41,405 nucleotides of DNA. Source: Candidatus Rokuibacteriota bacterium. GTDB lineage: Bacteria > Methylomirabilota > Methylomirabilia > Rokubacteriales > DASRDR01. Of this stretch, positions 1 to 9,336 are shown in pieces; position 1 is the first letter of the stretch, and every line of letters begins with the position of its first letter. The notes below the pieces were generated by a model, which searched no databases, was not told where the DNA came from, and worked only from the letters and a program-made list of their open reading frames with translations. The position numbers were made by a program, and so were the translations under genes. Where the stretch lies: NCBI GenBank assembly GCA_044866005.1, contig JBIOTN010000014.1:1-41405 (forward strand). Direction: 5' to 3'.

Positions 1-7
1 GGCCGAG

Positions 8-1150
8 TCAGCGGGCCGGGGTCTGGCGGCGGTCCGGGAGGCGGCCGAGCTCGACCCCGACCTGCTGCCGCGCGCGCTCCCGCACCACGGTGAGCTGGAT
101 CCGGGTGCCCGGCGCGGTCCCCGCGACCCGGCGGGTGAGCTCCGGCGGCCCCGTCACCGGCTGCTCGCCGAGCGCGACGATGACGTCCCCCTTCTGGAGG
201 CCCGCCTTCTCGGCCGGGGATCCCGGCACGACGCCCTCGACGACCGCCCCGCGCCGCTCCGTCAGCCCCGCCCGTTCGGCGAGGTCCGGCGTGACGGGAC
301 TCACCGCGACCCCCAGCCAGCCCCGCACGACCGAGCCCCGCTCCCGGAGCTGCGGCAGCACGGTCTTCGCCAGGTTGATGGGGATGGCGAACCCGATCCC
401 GACGGAGCCGCCCGTCTGGGAGAAGATGGCGGTGGTGATGCCGATGGCGGCGCCGCGGCTGTCGATCAAGGGCCCGCCGGAGTTGCCCGGGTTCACGGAG
501 GCGTCGGTCTGGATGAAGTCGTCGTAGGGGCCGCTCCCGATGAAGCGCTCCTTGGCGCTGACGATCCCCGTCGTGACGGTCTGGTCGAGCCCGAAGGGGT
601 TGCCGATCGCCATGACCGGCTCGCCCACCTGGAGGCGGTCCGAATCGCCGAGCGGCAGCACGGGCAGGGCCGTGGTCTCGATCTTGAGGAGCGCCAGGTC
701 CGTGGCGGGATCGGTGCCCACGACCTTCGCGTGGTGCTCGCTCCCGCGGTCGAGCTTCACGATGATCTGGCCGCCGCCCCCCACGACGTGGTTGTTGGTG
801 ACGACGAACCCGTCCGGCGAGACGATGAAGCCCGAACCCAGGCTGGCGCGCTGGCTGCCCGGCGGCGACCCCTCGAAGAAGCGCCGGAGGAACTCCGCCA
901 TCGGATCGTTGGGCCGGCCCTGGATCGCGCTCACGTTCACGACCGCCGGGCGGGTCGCCTTGGCCAGCTCGACCCAGATGGCGAAGGGGGAGGGGAGGGG
1001 GCCGTCGCCGGTGGCGGCCGTCCAGAACTGCGCGCTGGCGGGGGGCGAGCCGGGCCGGTGGAAGTCGACACGGATCGAGATGACGCCGGCGACCACCAGG
1101 AGGACGGCCACCAGCGCGACGGCGACCAGCCACGGGGTGACGCGTCGCAT
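8..1150 (-). CDS. HtrA/DegP-family trypsin-like serine protease with N-terminal membrane anchor and one PDZ domain
   Basis: Catalytic motifs TNNHVV, DLALLK and GNSGGP; GSGFIV; IQTDASVNPG; C-terminal PDZ (GWLGV...GSPAEKAGLQKGDVI). Confidence 0.95.
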   Translation of the reverse strand: MRRVTPWLVAVALVAVLLVVAGVISIRVDFHRPGSPPASAQFWTAATGDGPLPSPFAIWVELAKATRPAVVNVSAIQGRPNDPMAEFLRRFFEGSPPGSQRASLGSGFIVSPDGFVVTNNHVVGGGGQIIVKLDRGSEHHAKVVGTDPATDLALLKIETTALPVLPLGDSDRLQVGEPVMAIGNPFGLDQTVTTGIVSAKERFIGSGPYDDFIQTDASVNPGNSGGPLIDSRGAAIGITTAIFSQTGGSVGIGFAIPINLAKTVLPQLRERGSVVRGWLGVAVSPVTPDLAERAGLTERRGAVVEGVVPGSPAEKAGLQKGDVIVALGEQPVTGPPELTRRVAGTAPGTRIQLTVVRERARQQVGVELGRLPDRRQTPAR

Positions 1151-1156
1151 GGCTCG

Positions 1157-1165
1157 ATTCTAGCA
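1157..1165 (-). promoter_or_regulatory. Extended -10 element (TGcTAGAAT) 6 nt upstream of the htrA ATG; probable leaderless transcript
   Basis: Minus strand reads gcTGcTAGAATcgagccATG; no Shine-Dalgarno sequence. Confidence 0.6.
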
Positions 1166-1317
1166 GCAAGCCCGACGCCGAGCACGCCGCGCGCGGCCGG
1201 GGTCCGGACCGGCTGGCGGTCGCCGGAGGGCGCGTGGCAGAATGAGGCGGCGGCCGGGTACCCTGGCGCCGCCGCCGGGCCGTCCTCGCCAGCCGACCCT
1301 GCTCGGGGAGACGAACG

Positions 1318-2106
1318 ATGCGCTACGAATCGCTCAGGCTCGAGACCGCGGCCGGCGTCGCCACGCTCACGCTGAATCGTCCCGACGCCTACAACGCCTT
1401 GACCCTCGCGCTCGGCCGGGAGCTGTTCTCGGCCGTGCTCGAGGTGGACGAGGACCCGGCCGTGCGCTGCATCGTGCTGACGGGCGCCGGGAAGGCCTTC
1501 TGCGGCGGCGGGGACGTGAAGGAGTTCGTCCAGCACCTGCCCCGGATCGGGGTGCTGATCAAGGAGCTGACGACCTACGTCCACGGCGCCGTCTCGCGGC
1601 TGGTGCGCACGCCGAAGCCGGTCCTCACCGCGGTCAACGGGACCGCGGCGGGCGGCGGGTTCTCGCTGGCGCTGGCCGGGGACCTGGTCCTGGCGGCGGA
1701 GTCCGCGCGCTTCACCATGGCCTACTCGCGCATCGGCGCCACGCCCGACGGCTCCTCGTCCTACTGGCTGCCGCGGCTCTGCGGGATCCGGCGCGCGGCG
1801 GAGCTCTTCTACACGAACCGCGTGCTGAGCGCGCAGGAAGCCATGGCCTGGGGGATCGTCAGCCGCGTGGTCCCCGACGCGGAGCTTCCCGATGCCGTCG
1901 CGCAGCTCGCCGGCGAGCTCGCCCAGGGCCCCACCCTGGCGCTCGGACGCGGCAAGCGCCTCTTCCACGCCTCGACGACCGAGAGCCTGGAGACCCAGAT
2001 GGAGCTGGAGAGCCAGCTGATCGCGGCGAGCGGCCACACGGAGGACTTCGGGGAAGGCGTGCGCGCCTTCGTGGAGAAGCGCCCCCCCGTCTTCAAGGGC
2101 CGCTGA
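1318..2106 (+). CDS. Enoyl-CoA hydratase/isomerase (crotonase) family, PaaG-like
   Basis: TLTLNRPDAYNAL, AFCGGGD, PKPVLTAVNGTAAGGG, EGVRAFVEKRPPVFKG; RBS GGGGAG. Confidence 0.93.
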   Translation: MRYESLRLETAAGVATLTLNRPDAYNALTLALGRELFSAVLEVDEDPAVRCIVLTGAGKAFCGGGDVKEFVQHLPRIGVLIKELTTYVHGAVSRLVRTPKPVLTAVNGTAAGGGFSLALAGDLVLAAESARFTMAYSRIGATPDGSSSYWLPRLCGIRRAAELFYTNRVLSAQEAMAWGIVSRVVPDAELPDAVAQLAGELAQGPTLALGRGKRLFHASTTESLETQMELESQLIAASGHTEDFGEGVRAFVEKRPPVFKGR

Positions 2107-2187
2107 GGCGGGCGACCGCGGGGCCCGCGGCGGTGCGGGCGCGGGACCGCGCCGGCGGGCGGACGGCGCGCCGGCGGCGGTCCGGGA

Positions 2188-2310
2188 TCAACTCTCCCGG
2201 CGCGTGCTGCCGAAGGCCTCGAAGAGCCCGCGGAGGATCAGGAACAGCCCGACCGCGAGCACGATCGCGACCGCGAAGTCGAAGACGGCCTGCAGGACCA
2301 GCTGGGTCAT
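2188..2310 (-). CDS. Small single-pass membrane protein (40 aa), unknown function
   Basis: MTQLVLQAVFDFAVAIVLAVGLFLILRGLFEAFGSTRRES; strong RBS GGAGGT before ATG; one hydrophobic helix and a basic tail. Confidence 0.65.
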   Translation of the reverse strand: MTQLVLQAVFDFAVAIVLAVGLFLILRGLFEAFGSTRRES

Positions 2311-2500
2311 GGTCCACCTCCAGTGCCCGATTCTGCCCGGGCGGGGCCAGACGACCCGATCAGGGTACTCCGGGCCCGGGGAAACCCGTGCAGAGATTCC
2401 GGCAGTCCCGCCCCCGCGGGTTTCCCATCTGGGAGGACCCGCCGACACCGCGCCGGGCGCCCCGCGGGCGCGGGCCTGCGGCCGCGCCTGATGGGTCGGC

Positions 2501-3598
2501 TCAGCGGGCGGGCTTGTAGGCCTTCGCCTCGGCCGCGATCTTCTCCGGCTCGAAGCGGTTGATCTCCTCGATCAGCTCGTTCGTCACGAGGTCGCGCGCG
2601 TCGACCGGCTGCTTGATGATCCCCCAGCGGTGCATGAACTCCGCGTAGGCGCCGTAGTTCGCCTCGGAGCTCTCGCCCCAGCGCCTGACCCCCGCCTTCT
2701 CGAGCTTCCAGTTCTGCGCCCGGGCCTGGAGCACCTTCGTGTCGTCGCGGATCGCCGTGGCCTCGTCCTTCCCGGTCGGCTTGGTCTGGGGGAAGACCTC
2801 GTAGACGACGCGCACGGCCGCCTCGGGGTTCGCGATGGCGAAGATCGTTCCCTTGGCGTAGCTCCGGGCGAGGGCGATGGCCTCCTTGCGGCGGCTCTTG
2901 AGCGTCTCCTCCAGCGCCATGAAGCCGTTCGAGGGGTAGCGGTCGATCTCGCGCGTGTCGAGGAGGCGGAGCCTGACGCCCGCGTTCTCCACCATGGCGT
3001 ACTGCGTGTCGAACTGGCTGAGCGCGTCCACTTGCTTGTTCCGCAGCATCGCGGCGGTCTGGGCGCCCTCCCCGGCGACCACGATGGTGACGTCCTGGTC
3101 GGGGTTCAGGCCGGCCGTGGCCGCGAGGGCCCGGGCCACGATGACGCCGCCGGAGGCCATCGAGATCACGCCGATGGTCTTGCCCTTGAGGTCCGTGATG
3201 GTCCGGACCGGGCTGTCCGCGGGCACGGCGATGCCGTAGATGTTCCCCTGGTAGGCCGTGTAGAAGATCTTCGCCTTGATCCCCTGGGGCCGGCCGATGG
3301 CGAGGGGCTCGACGCTGGGCAGGGCGAACTCCACCTCGCGCGTGGCGACGTTCTTCACGCAGTCCGTCGAGCCGGGGAGCGGGACCAGCTCGACCTCGAT
3401 CCCCTCCTGGCGGAACCAGCCGAGCCGGGTGGCGATCGCGAACGGCGCGGCCGCCGCCGAGACGGTGCGGGCGCACCAGCCGACCTTGAGCCTGGTGACC
3501 TGCGCGGACGCCGGCGCGCCCGCGGCGCCGAGCCCGAGCGCCAGCGCCGCGATCACGGCGGTCCGCAGCCCCGGCCGGAAGCGTCGCAGCCTTACCAT
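2501..3598 (-). CDS. ABC transporter substrate-binding protein, NMT1/THI5/SsuA family
   Basis: Signal peptide (MVRLRRFR...APASA); FRQEGIEVEL, DLKGKTIGV, AGLNPDQDV; follows permease gene. Confidence 0.9.
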   Translation of the reverse strand: MVRLRRFRPGLRTAVIAALALGLGAAGAPASAQVTRLKVGWCARTVSAAAAPFAIATRLGWFRQEGIEVELVPLPGSTDCVKNVATREVEFALPSVEPLAIGRPQGIKAKIFYTAYQGNIYGIAVPADSPVRTITDLKGKTIGVISMASGGVIVARALAATAGLNPDQDVTIVVAGEGAQTAAMLRNKQVDALSQFDTQYAMVENAGVRLRLLDTREIDRYPSNGFMALEETLKSRRKEAIALARSYAKGTIFAIANPEAAVRVVYEVFPQTKPTGKDEATAIRDDTKVLQARAQNWKLEKAGVRRWGESSEANYGAYAEFMHRWGIIKQPVDARDLVTNELIEEINRFEPEKIAAEAKAYKPAR

Positions 3599-4443
3599 GC
3601 GCTGACCTCCTTTTTCACCCGGGGATCGCGCGCCAGCTCGGCGACGGCGTCCGGCCCCTCGGCCTCCCCGGCCTCCGCCTTCTGCTTCTCCGAGGCGTCC
3701 CAGAAGAGGACGCGCCGGCGGACCAGCAGGAGGCTCCGGTTGAGGAGGAGCCCGACGACCGACAGCACGAGCAGCACGGAGAACTGCCCGGAGACGTCCA
3801 TGGTGAAGTTCATGCTCTGGATCAGCATGCCCAGGCCCGAGGTGGCGCCCACGAACTCGCCGACGATGGCGCCGATCAACGCGAAGATCATGGCGACGTC
3901 GAGCCCGGCCATGACGAAGGGAAGCGCGTTCGGCAGCCGGAGCATCCAGAAGATCTGCCGCGGGCTCGCGGCGAGCGAGCGCATCAGGCTCACGCGGTCC
4001 TCGTCGGCGGAGCGCAGCCCCACCATCGTGTTCACCAGGAGCGGGAAGAACGCCACGAGCGCGGCGTTGACCACCTTGGAGGTCAGACCGAGGCCGAACC
4101 AGATGACGATGAGCGGGGCGAGCGCGACCTTGGGGAGCGACTGGAACATCACGATGTAGGGGTAGAGGAAGTATTCGAGCCAGCGGCTGAGCGCCACCGC
4201 GGTGCCGAGCGAGAAGCCGAGCGCCGCGCCGAGGAGGAAGCCGAGGAGCGTCTCGAGGAGCGTGTAGTAGAGGTGCTTCGGGTAAAGGCCGCTGGCGAAT
4301 CCGCGCCAGAGGGCGACGGCCACCTTCGACGGGGGCGGCAGGACGAAGGCCGGGACGTCGAGCAGACGCACCGCCGCTTCCCACGCGGCGACCGAGGCGG
4401 CGAAGAGCACGACCGAGAGCGCGACGTTCCGCGCGCGGTTCAT
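3592..4443 (-). CDS. ABC transporter permease, SsuC/TauC type
   Basis: FVLPPPSKV, FQSLPKVALAPL, FFPLLVNT, LRLPNALP, GAIVGEFVGATSGLG; start overlaps ATPase stop. Confidence 0.92.
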   Translation of the reverse strand: MNRARNVALSVVLFAASVAAWEAAVRLLDVPAFVLPPPSKVAVALWRGFASGLYPKHLYYTLLETLLGFLLGAALGFSLGTAVALSRWLEYFLYPYIVMFQSLPKVALAPLIVIWFGLGLTSKVVNAALVAFFPLLVNTMVGLRSADEDRVSLMRSLAASPRQIFWMLRLPNALPFVMAGLDVAMIFALIGAIVGEFVGATSGLGMLIQSMNFTMDVSGQFSVLLVLSVVGLLLNRSLLLVRRRVLFWDASEKQKAEAGEAEGPDAVAELARDPRVKKEVSAW

Positions 4444-5210
4444 CCGTCCACGGCGCCCCGGGCGGAAAACCGCGCCCGGATGTCCCGCACGTAGTCGCCG
4501 AAGACCGGCGTGTTCATGACGTCGAGCGGGCGGGGGTGCGGCAGCTCCACGCGCACGTCGCCCATGATCCGCCCCGGGCGGGACGTCATGACCAGGACCC
4601 GGTCGCCCAGGAACACCGCCTCCGGGATCGAGTGCGTGATGAAGAGCACGGTCTTCCGCTTCTCCAGCCAGATCCGCTGGACCTCGAGGTTCATCTGCTC
4701 CCGCGTCATGGCATCCAGCGCCCCGAACGGCTCGTCCATCAGGAGCATCGCCGGATCGTGGACGAGCGCGCGCGTGAGCGCGACCCGCTGCTGCATCCCG
4801 CCGGAGAGTTCCCAGGGATACCGCCGCTCGAAGCCCTCGAGCCCGACCAGGGCGAGGAGGTCGAGCCCGGCCGCCCGGTACCGCTCGCGGCCGAGCCCCT
4901 GGACGTCCACCGGCAGGAGCACGTTGTCGAGCACCGTGCGCCACGGGAAGAGGACGGGCGACTGGAAGACCACGCCGATGTCCCGCCGCGGCCCCACGAT
5001 CCGCGTCCCGCGCAGGTACGCGGCGCCGCCGGACGGCGGCAGGATGCCGGCGAGGATCTTGAGCAGCGTGGACTTCCCGCATCCCGACGGTCCGACCACC
5101 GCGACGAACGCGCTCTCCGCCACGCTGAAGGAGATGCGCTCGAGGGCCGCGACACGACCGTCGCGGGTGGTGTAGCGCTTGGAGAGGTCGGTGACGCTGA
5201 TGGCGTCCAT
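4440..5210 (-). CDS. ABC transporter ATP-binding protein, SsuB/TauB type (alternative start at 5243)
   Basis: Walker A GPSGCGKST, signature LSGGMQQR, Walker B LLMDEPFGALD, ITHSIPEA. Confidence 0.95.
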   Translation of the reverse strand: MDAISVTDLSKRYTTRDGRVAALERISFSVAESAFVAVVGPSGCGKSTLLKILAGILPPSGGAAYLRGTRIVGPRRDIGVVFQSPVLFPWRTVLDNVLLPVDVQGLGRERYRAAGLDLLALVGLEGFERRYPWELSGGMQQRVALTRALVHDPAMLLMDEPFGALDAMTREQMNLEVQRIWLEKRKTVLFITHSIPEAVFLGDRVLVMTSRPGRIMGDVRVELPHPRPLDVMNTPVFGDYVRDIRARFSARGAVDG

Positions 5211-5309
5211 GCCTGCCGGGCGCGGGCGATGGGAGATGCTCATCGCGAGCCTACTATGTCCATCGTGGAAACGCAACGCGGGCCGCGGGCCGTCCGGCCG
5301 GCTGGTGGC

Positions 5310-6830
5310 TCAGGACGCCGGCGCCGCGGGACGTCCGCTCGGTGTGCGGCCTCTGGCGCGGCCGACCGCGCGCCAGACGAAGGGCGCGACCAGGATCGCG
5401 ACGGCGAGGCCCACGAGCGCGGCGGAGATCGGCCGGGTCACGAAGACCGTCGGGTCGCCCTGGCTGATGGCGAGCGCCCGGCGGACCTGCTGCTCGGACA
5501 GGGGTCCCAGGATCATCCCGACGAGCGCCGGCGCCACCGGGAAGTCGTAGAGCCGCATGGCGTAGCCGATGAGGCCGATCACGAGCAGGATCACCAGGTC
5601 GGCCACCGAGCCGTTCGCCGCGTAGGCGCCCAGGAAGGCGAACACCATGATCCCCGCGTAGAGGAGCGGACGCGGGATCATGAGGAGCCGGACCCAGATC
5701 GGCGCGAGCGGGAGGTTCAGGACGAGCAGCATGAGGTTCCCGATGTAGAGGCTCGCGATGAGGCCCCAGACGAGGTCCGGCCGCTGCTCGAAGAGGAGCG
5801 GCCCGGGCTGGAGCCCGTAGCCCTGGAAGGCGGCGAGCAGGATGGCCGCGGTCGCGGAGGTCGGCAGCCCGAGCGTGAGGAGCGGGGCGAGCACCCCGGC
5901 CGCGGCGGCGTTGTTCGCCGCCTCCGGCCCCGCGACCCCCTCGATCGCCCCGTGGCCGAACTCCTCGGGATGCCTGGTGAGCCGCTTCTCCACCAGATAC
6001 GAGAGGAACGTGGGGATCTCGGCGCCGCCGGCCGGCAGCGCGCCGATCGGGAAGCCCAGCAGCGTTCCCCGGAGCCAGGGCTTCCAGGAGCGGCGCCACT
6101 CCTGCCGCGTCATCCACACCGACCCCCGGATCGGCACGACCTCGGCGTCCCGCTCCCGGCTCGCCGCGTACAGGGTCTCGCCGACCGCGAAGAGACCGAC
6201 CACGACGAGCACCACGCCGACGCCGTCCAGCAGGGCGGGGAGTCCGAGCGTGAAGCGCGCCTGGCCGGTCTGCGTGTCGATCCCGACGAGGCCGAGGCCC
6301 AGGCCGAAGAAGAGGCTGATGAACCCGCGCAAGCGGGACTCGCCCAGCACCGCGGACACGGTGGTGAAGGCGAGCAGCATCAGGCTGAAGTAGTCGGCCG
6401 GGCCGAAGGCGAGGGCCACCGAGACGAGCAGCGGCGCGAGGAAGGTGAGGCCGAGCGTGGCCAGCGTGCCGGCCACGAAGGAGCCCACCGCGGCGGTCGC
6501 CAGCGCCGCGGCGCCGCGCCCGCGTCGCGCCATGTGGTGCCCCTCGAGCGCGGTGATGATGGAGGCCGACTCGCCCGGGGTGCGGATCAGGATCGAGGTG
6601 GTCGAGCCGCCGTACATCGCGCCGTAGTAGACGCCCGCGAACATGATGAAGCTCGCGGTGGGGGCCAGGTTGTAGGTGGCGGGGAGCAGGAGCGCGACGG
6701 TCAGGGCCGGCCCGATGCCGGGCAGCACGCCGACCGCCGTGCCGAGCACGGCGCCGACGAAGGCGAACATGAGGTTCACGGGCTGGGCGGCCACGGCGAA
6801 GCCCTGTCCGAGCGCCGCGAGCGTGTCCAA
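5310..6830 (-). CDS. tctA: Tripartite tricarboxylate transporter large permease TctA
   Basis: [55 protein letters not shown] start. Confidence 0.95.
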   Translation of the reverse strand: MDTLAALGQGFAVAAQPVNLMFAFVGAVLGTAVGVLPGIGPALTVALLLPATYNLAPTASFIMFAGVYYGAMYGGSTTSILIRTPGESASIITALEGHHMARRGRGAAALATAAVGSFVAGTLATLGLTFLAPLLVSVALAFGPADYFSLMLLAFTTVSAVLGESRLRGFISLFFGLGLGLVGIDTQTGQARFTLGLPALLDGVGVVLVVVGLFAVGETLYAASRERDAEVVPIRGSVWMTRQEWRRSWKPWLRGTLLGFPIGALPAGGAEIPTFLSYLVEKRLTRHPEEFGHGAIEGVAGPEAANNAAAAGVLAPLLTLGLPTSATAAILLAAFQGYGLQPGPLLFEQRPDLVWGLIASLYIGNLMLLVLNLPLAPIWVRLLMIPRPLLYAGIMVFAFLGAYAANGSVADLVILLVIGLIGYAMRLYDFPVAPALVGMILGPLSEQQVRRALAISQGDPTVFVTRPISAALVGLAVAILVAPFVWRAVGRARGRTPSGRPAAPAS

Positions 6831-6834
6831 CGCC

Positions 6835-7293
6835 CTACCAGCGGTCGAGCGGACCGCCCGGGAGCGAGACGCCGAGGCCGCGCGAGAACAGGACGTAAAC
6901 GGCCACCCCGATCAGGACTCCGAGGCCGAGGTTCCGGAGCCACCGTCGGGACCCGAACCCGCGCGCGGCGAGGACGAAGAGGATCGCCGCGGCGGGCGGG
7001 AAGCCCGCCGGCGTGAGCAGGACGGTCGCCACCACGAGCCCCCCGAGGAGCCAGGGGAGCGCGCCGCGCTCGGCCGGGGCCGCGGCGCTCGGGAACTCCA
7101 CGCCGCGCCGCAGGGCGACCAGAAAGGCGGCGCCGAGCGCGACCAGCGCCGCCCCGACGAGGGTGGGGAAGGCCCGCGGCCCGACGCCGGCGTAGGCCGC
7201 CTCGCCCGGGATGGTGCGGGCGTTCAGGAGGAGGAACAGCCCGAGCCCGGTGACGCCGACGCCGACGAGGAGAGGACCGGCGGGACGGACCAC
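6835..7293 (-). CDS. tctB: Tripartite tricarboxylate transporter TctB
   Basis: About 4-5 TM helices; VGPRAFP; C-terminal LGVSLPGG; lies between tctC and tctA. Confidence 0.9.
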   Translation of the reverse strand: MVRPAGPLLVGVGVTGLGLFLLLNARTIPGEAAYAGVGPRAFPTLVGAALVALGAAFLVALRRGVEFPSAAAPAERGALPWLLGGLVVATVLLTPAGFPPAAAILFVLAARGFGSRRWLRNLGLGVLIGVAVYVLFSRGLGVSLPGGPLDRW

Positions 7294-7297
7294 CCGG

Positions 7298-8266
7298 CTA
7301 CTGGACCAGGCCCACGTCCTTCAGCACCTTGGCCGTCTGCTCGGTCGAGGTCTTGACGAAGGCAGCGAAGGCATCGCCGCCGAGGTAGGCGTCGTCCCAG
7401 TTGTGCTTCTGGAGCGCGGCCTTCCAGGAGCCAGACTTGGCCAGGCCGTCGACCACGTCGAGCAAGGCCTTGCGATCGGCCGGGCTGATCCCGGCCGGCG
7501 CCACCACGCCGCGCCAGTTGCCGAACTCCACCTTGACGCCCTGCTCCTTCAGCGTGGGGACGTCGACGCCGGCGAGCCGCGTCGGCGCGCTGATCGCGAT
7601 GGCCCGCAGCCGCTTGGACTCGATGTGGGCCTGGAACTCGCCGTAGCCGCTGATGCCCGCCGTCGCCTGGGCGCCCAGGAGCGCGGCCACGGCCTCGCCG
7701 CCGCCCGCGTACGCGATGTAGTTGACCTTCGCGGCGGGGACGCCGACGGACTCCGCGACGAGCGCCGCCAGGATGTGGTCGGAGCCGCCGCGCGAGCCGC
7801 CCACGATCGCCGTCGCGCCGGGATCTCTCTTCAGGGCGTCGGTGAACTCCTTCAGGGTCTGGATCTTCGAGGAGGCCGGCACGGCGATGACCAGGTACTC
7901 GGAGGTCAGCCGGGCGATCGGCGTCACGGCGTCGAGCGTCACCGGCGCCTTGTTCGTCAGGATGGCCCCGACCATGACCAGGCCCATGACCATGAGCGAG
8001 CCGCCCTCGCCCTTGCTCTTCGCGAACTCGGCGAGCCCGATCGTCCCGCCCGCCCCGCCCCGGTTCGTGAGCCGGATCGGCCCGGTCACGAGCTTCTCGT
8101 TCCGCAGCGCCTGCTCCATGGCCCGGCCCGTCTGGTCCCAGCCCCCGCCCGGGTTCGCCGGGATGAGGATCTTGAGCGCGGGCAGCGGCTCGGCGGCGAG
8201 CGCGGCCGCCGCACCGGTGAGGGGGAGGACGGCAGACAGCACGAGCGCGCAAGCGACCCTGAGCAT
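7298..8266 (-). CDS. tctC: Tripartite tricarboxylate transporter substrate-binding protein TctC (Bug family)
   Basis: Signal peptide; PANPGGGWD, NRGGAGGTIG, DVPTLKEQG, NWRGVVAP. Confidence 0.95.
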   Translation of the reverse strand: MLRVACALVLSAVLPLTGAAAALAAEPLPALKILIPANPGGGWDQTGRAMEQALRNEKLVTGPIRLTNRGGAGGTIGLAEFAKSKGEGGSLMVMGLVMVGAILTNKAPVTLDAVTPIARLTSEYLVIAVPASSKIQTLKEFTDALKRDPGATAIVGGSRGGSDHILAALVAESVGVPAAKVNYIAYAGGGEAVAALLGAQATAGISGYGEFQAHIESKRLRAIAISAPTRLAGVDVPTLKEQGVKVEFGNWRGVVAPAGISPADRKALLDVVDGLAKSGSWKAALQKHNWDDAYLGGDAFAAFVKTSTEQTAKVLKDVGLVQ

Positions 8267-8312
8267 CGGCGAGTCCCCTTTCCGGGCGAGGTGAGTTGTC
8301 CAGGCGCAAGGG

Positions 8313-8318
8313 ATTATA
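8313..8318 (-). promoter_or_regulatory. Consensus -10 element (TATAAT) for tctCBA
   Basis: Perfect TATAAT on the minus strand about 46 nt upstream of the tctC start, in a very GC-rich background. Confidence 0.55.
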
Positions 8319-8502
8319 GCGTGCGCCGCGGAGCCTGACCAGCCGGCGACCGGCGCGACGCCGCCGGCCCCACGCGCGCCGCGGGCCTTGAGAGGCCGGG
8401 CGCGGCGCGGTAAGATGACCGTCCATCCGGACGGCGGCGCGTGACGATCCTGCGCGCGTCCGCCGCGTCACCACGTGGTCCGGCGTTGGCCGGGGAGGCA
8501 CG

Positions 8503-9201
8503 ATGAGCACGTCCCGTCGCCGCCCGCCGCAGGCACGGGCGCCGAAGGTCCCCACGGCCGATCTCTGCGCCCGGTACGCCCGCATCTACACGGCGGCCAT
8601 CACCGACGTGCTGGACAAGCACGGCCTCTACAACCAGACCCTCCCGCACGACATCGTGCCGCTGGCGCCCGAGACCCGTCTGGCCGGCGTCGCGTTCCCC
8701 GCGACCGGCAAGCAGAGCCGGAACACGGAGACCGAGGGGCCGATCCGCGCCTTCCTCAAGCTGCTGGGGGCGGTGCCGCGCGACGCGGTGCTCGTGATCC
8801 AGGCCAACGACGACGTGGCCGCGCACTTCGGCGAGCTCTCCGCCGTCGCCATGAAGGCACGCGGCGTGCGCGGGGTCGTGGTGGACGGGGCGACCCGCGA
8901 CGCCGCGTACATCCTGCGCGAGAAATTCCCGATCTTCTGCCGCTACCGCACGCCGCAGGATTCGCTGCCGCGGTGGCGCGCGATCGGCTGGGGGCGCGCC
9001 GTCACGATCGGGGACGTGCGGATAGCGCCGGGCGACATGGTCGTGGGCGACCTCGACGGGGTCGCGGTCGTGCCGAAGAAGCTCGCCGTCCCGGTGCTGC
9101 TGGAGTGCGAGGCGCTGCTGGACACCGAGAACCAGGTCCGGGACGCCGTCCGGCGCGGAATGGCGCCGCTCAAGGCCTACGAGAAATTCGGCGTGTTCTG
9201 A
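8503..9201 (+). CDS. RraA-like / HMG-CHA aldolase family protein
   Basis: AAITDVLD, AHFGELSA, RGVRGVVVDGATRD, IAPGDMVVGDLDGVAVVP; RBS GGGAGG. Confidence 0.9.
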   Translation: MSTSRRRPPQARAPKVPTADLCARYARIYTAAITDVLDKHGLYNQTLPHDIVPLAPETRLAGVAFPATGKQSRNTETEGPIRAFLKLLGAVPRDAVLVIQANDDVAAHFGELSAVAMKARGVRGVVVDGATRDAAYILREKFPIFCRYRTPQDSLPRWRAIGWGRAVTIGDVRIAPGDMVVGDLDGVAVVPKKLAVPVLLECEALLDTENQVRDAVRRGMAPLKAYEKFGVF

Positions 9202-9205
9202 GATC

Positions 9206-9308
9206 TCGGAGGGGGCCTCGATGGCCCCCTCCGACGGCCCTCGCGGCGAAGCCGCGACCGTCGCTTTTCGGCGACGGCATCGGGCCTGCCTCCCCCCGGG
9301 AGGGCGGG
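9206..9308. repeat. REP-like multi-hairpin intergenic element, copy 1
   Basis: 12-bp stem TCGGAGGGGGCC/GGCCCCCTCCGA (9206-9234), TCGCGGC-GAA-GCCGCGA (9241-9257), CCGTCGC/GCGACGG (9258-9277), then CCTCCCCCCGGG; related element at 11403-11480. Confidence 0.75.
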
Positions 9309-9336
9309 AAGGACAGCCAGAAACGGGAGCCAGACG

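Noticed and set aside
5211..5309. TPP riboswitch ahead of the NMT1/THI5-type ABC operon
   Set aside because: No CUGAGA or other TPP core motif in the short intergenic region
4536..7016. 826-aa plus-strand ORF and similar long antisense ORFs (e.g. 24175-26034, 37513-39354, 14001-15551)
   Set aside because: Shadow frames of well-supported genes in very high-GC DNA; Arg/Gly/Pro-rich with no motifs
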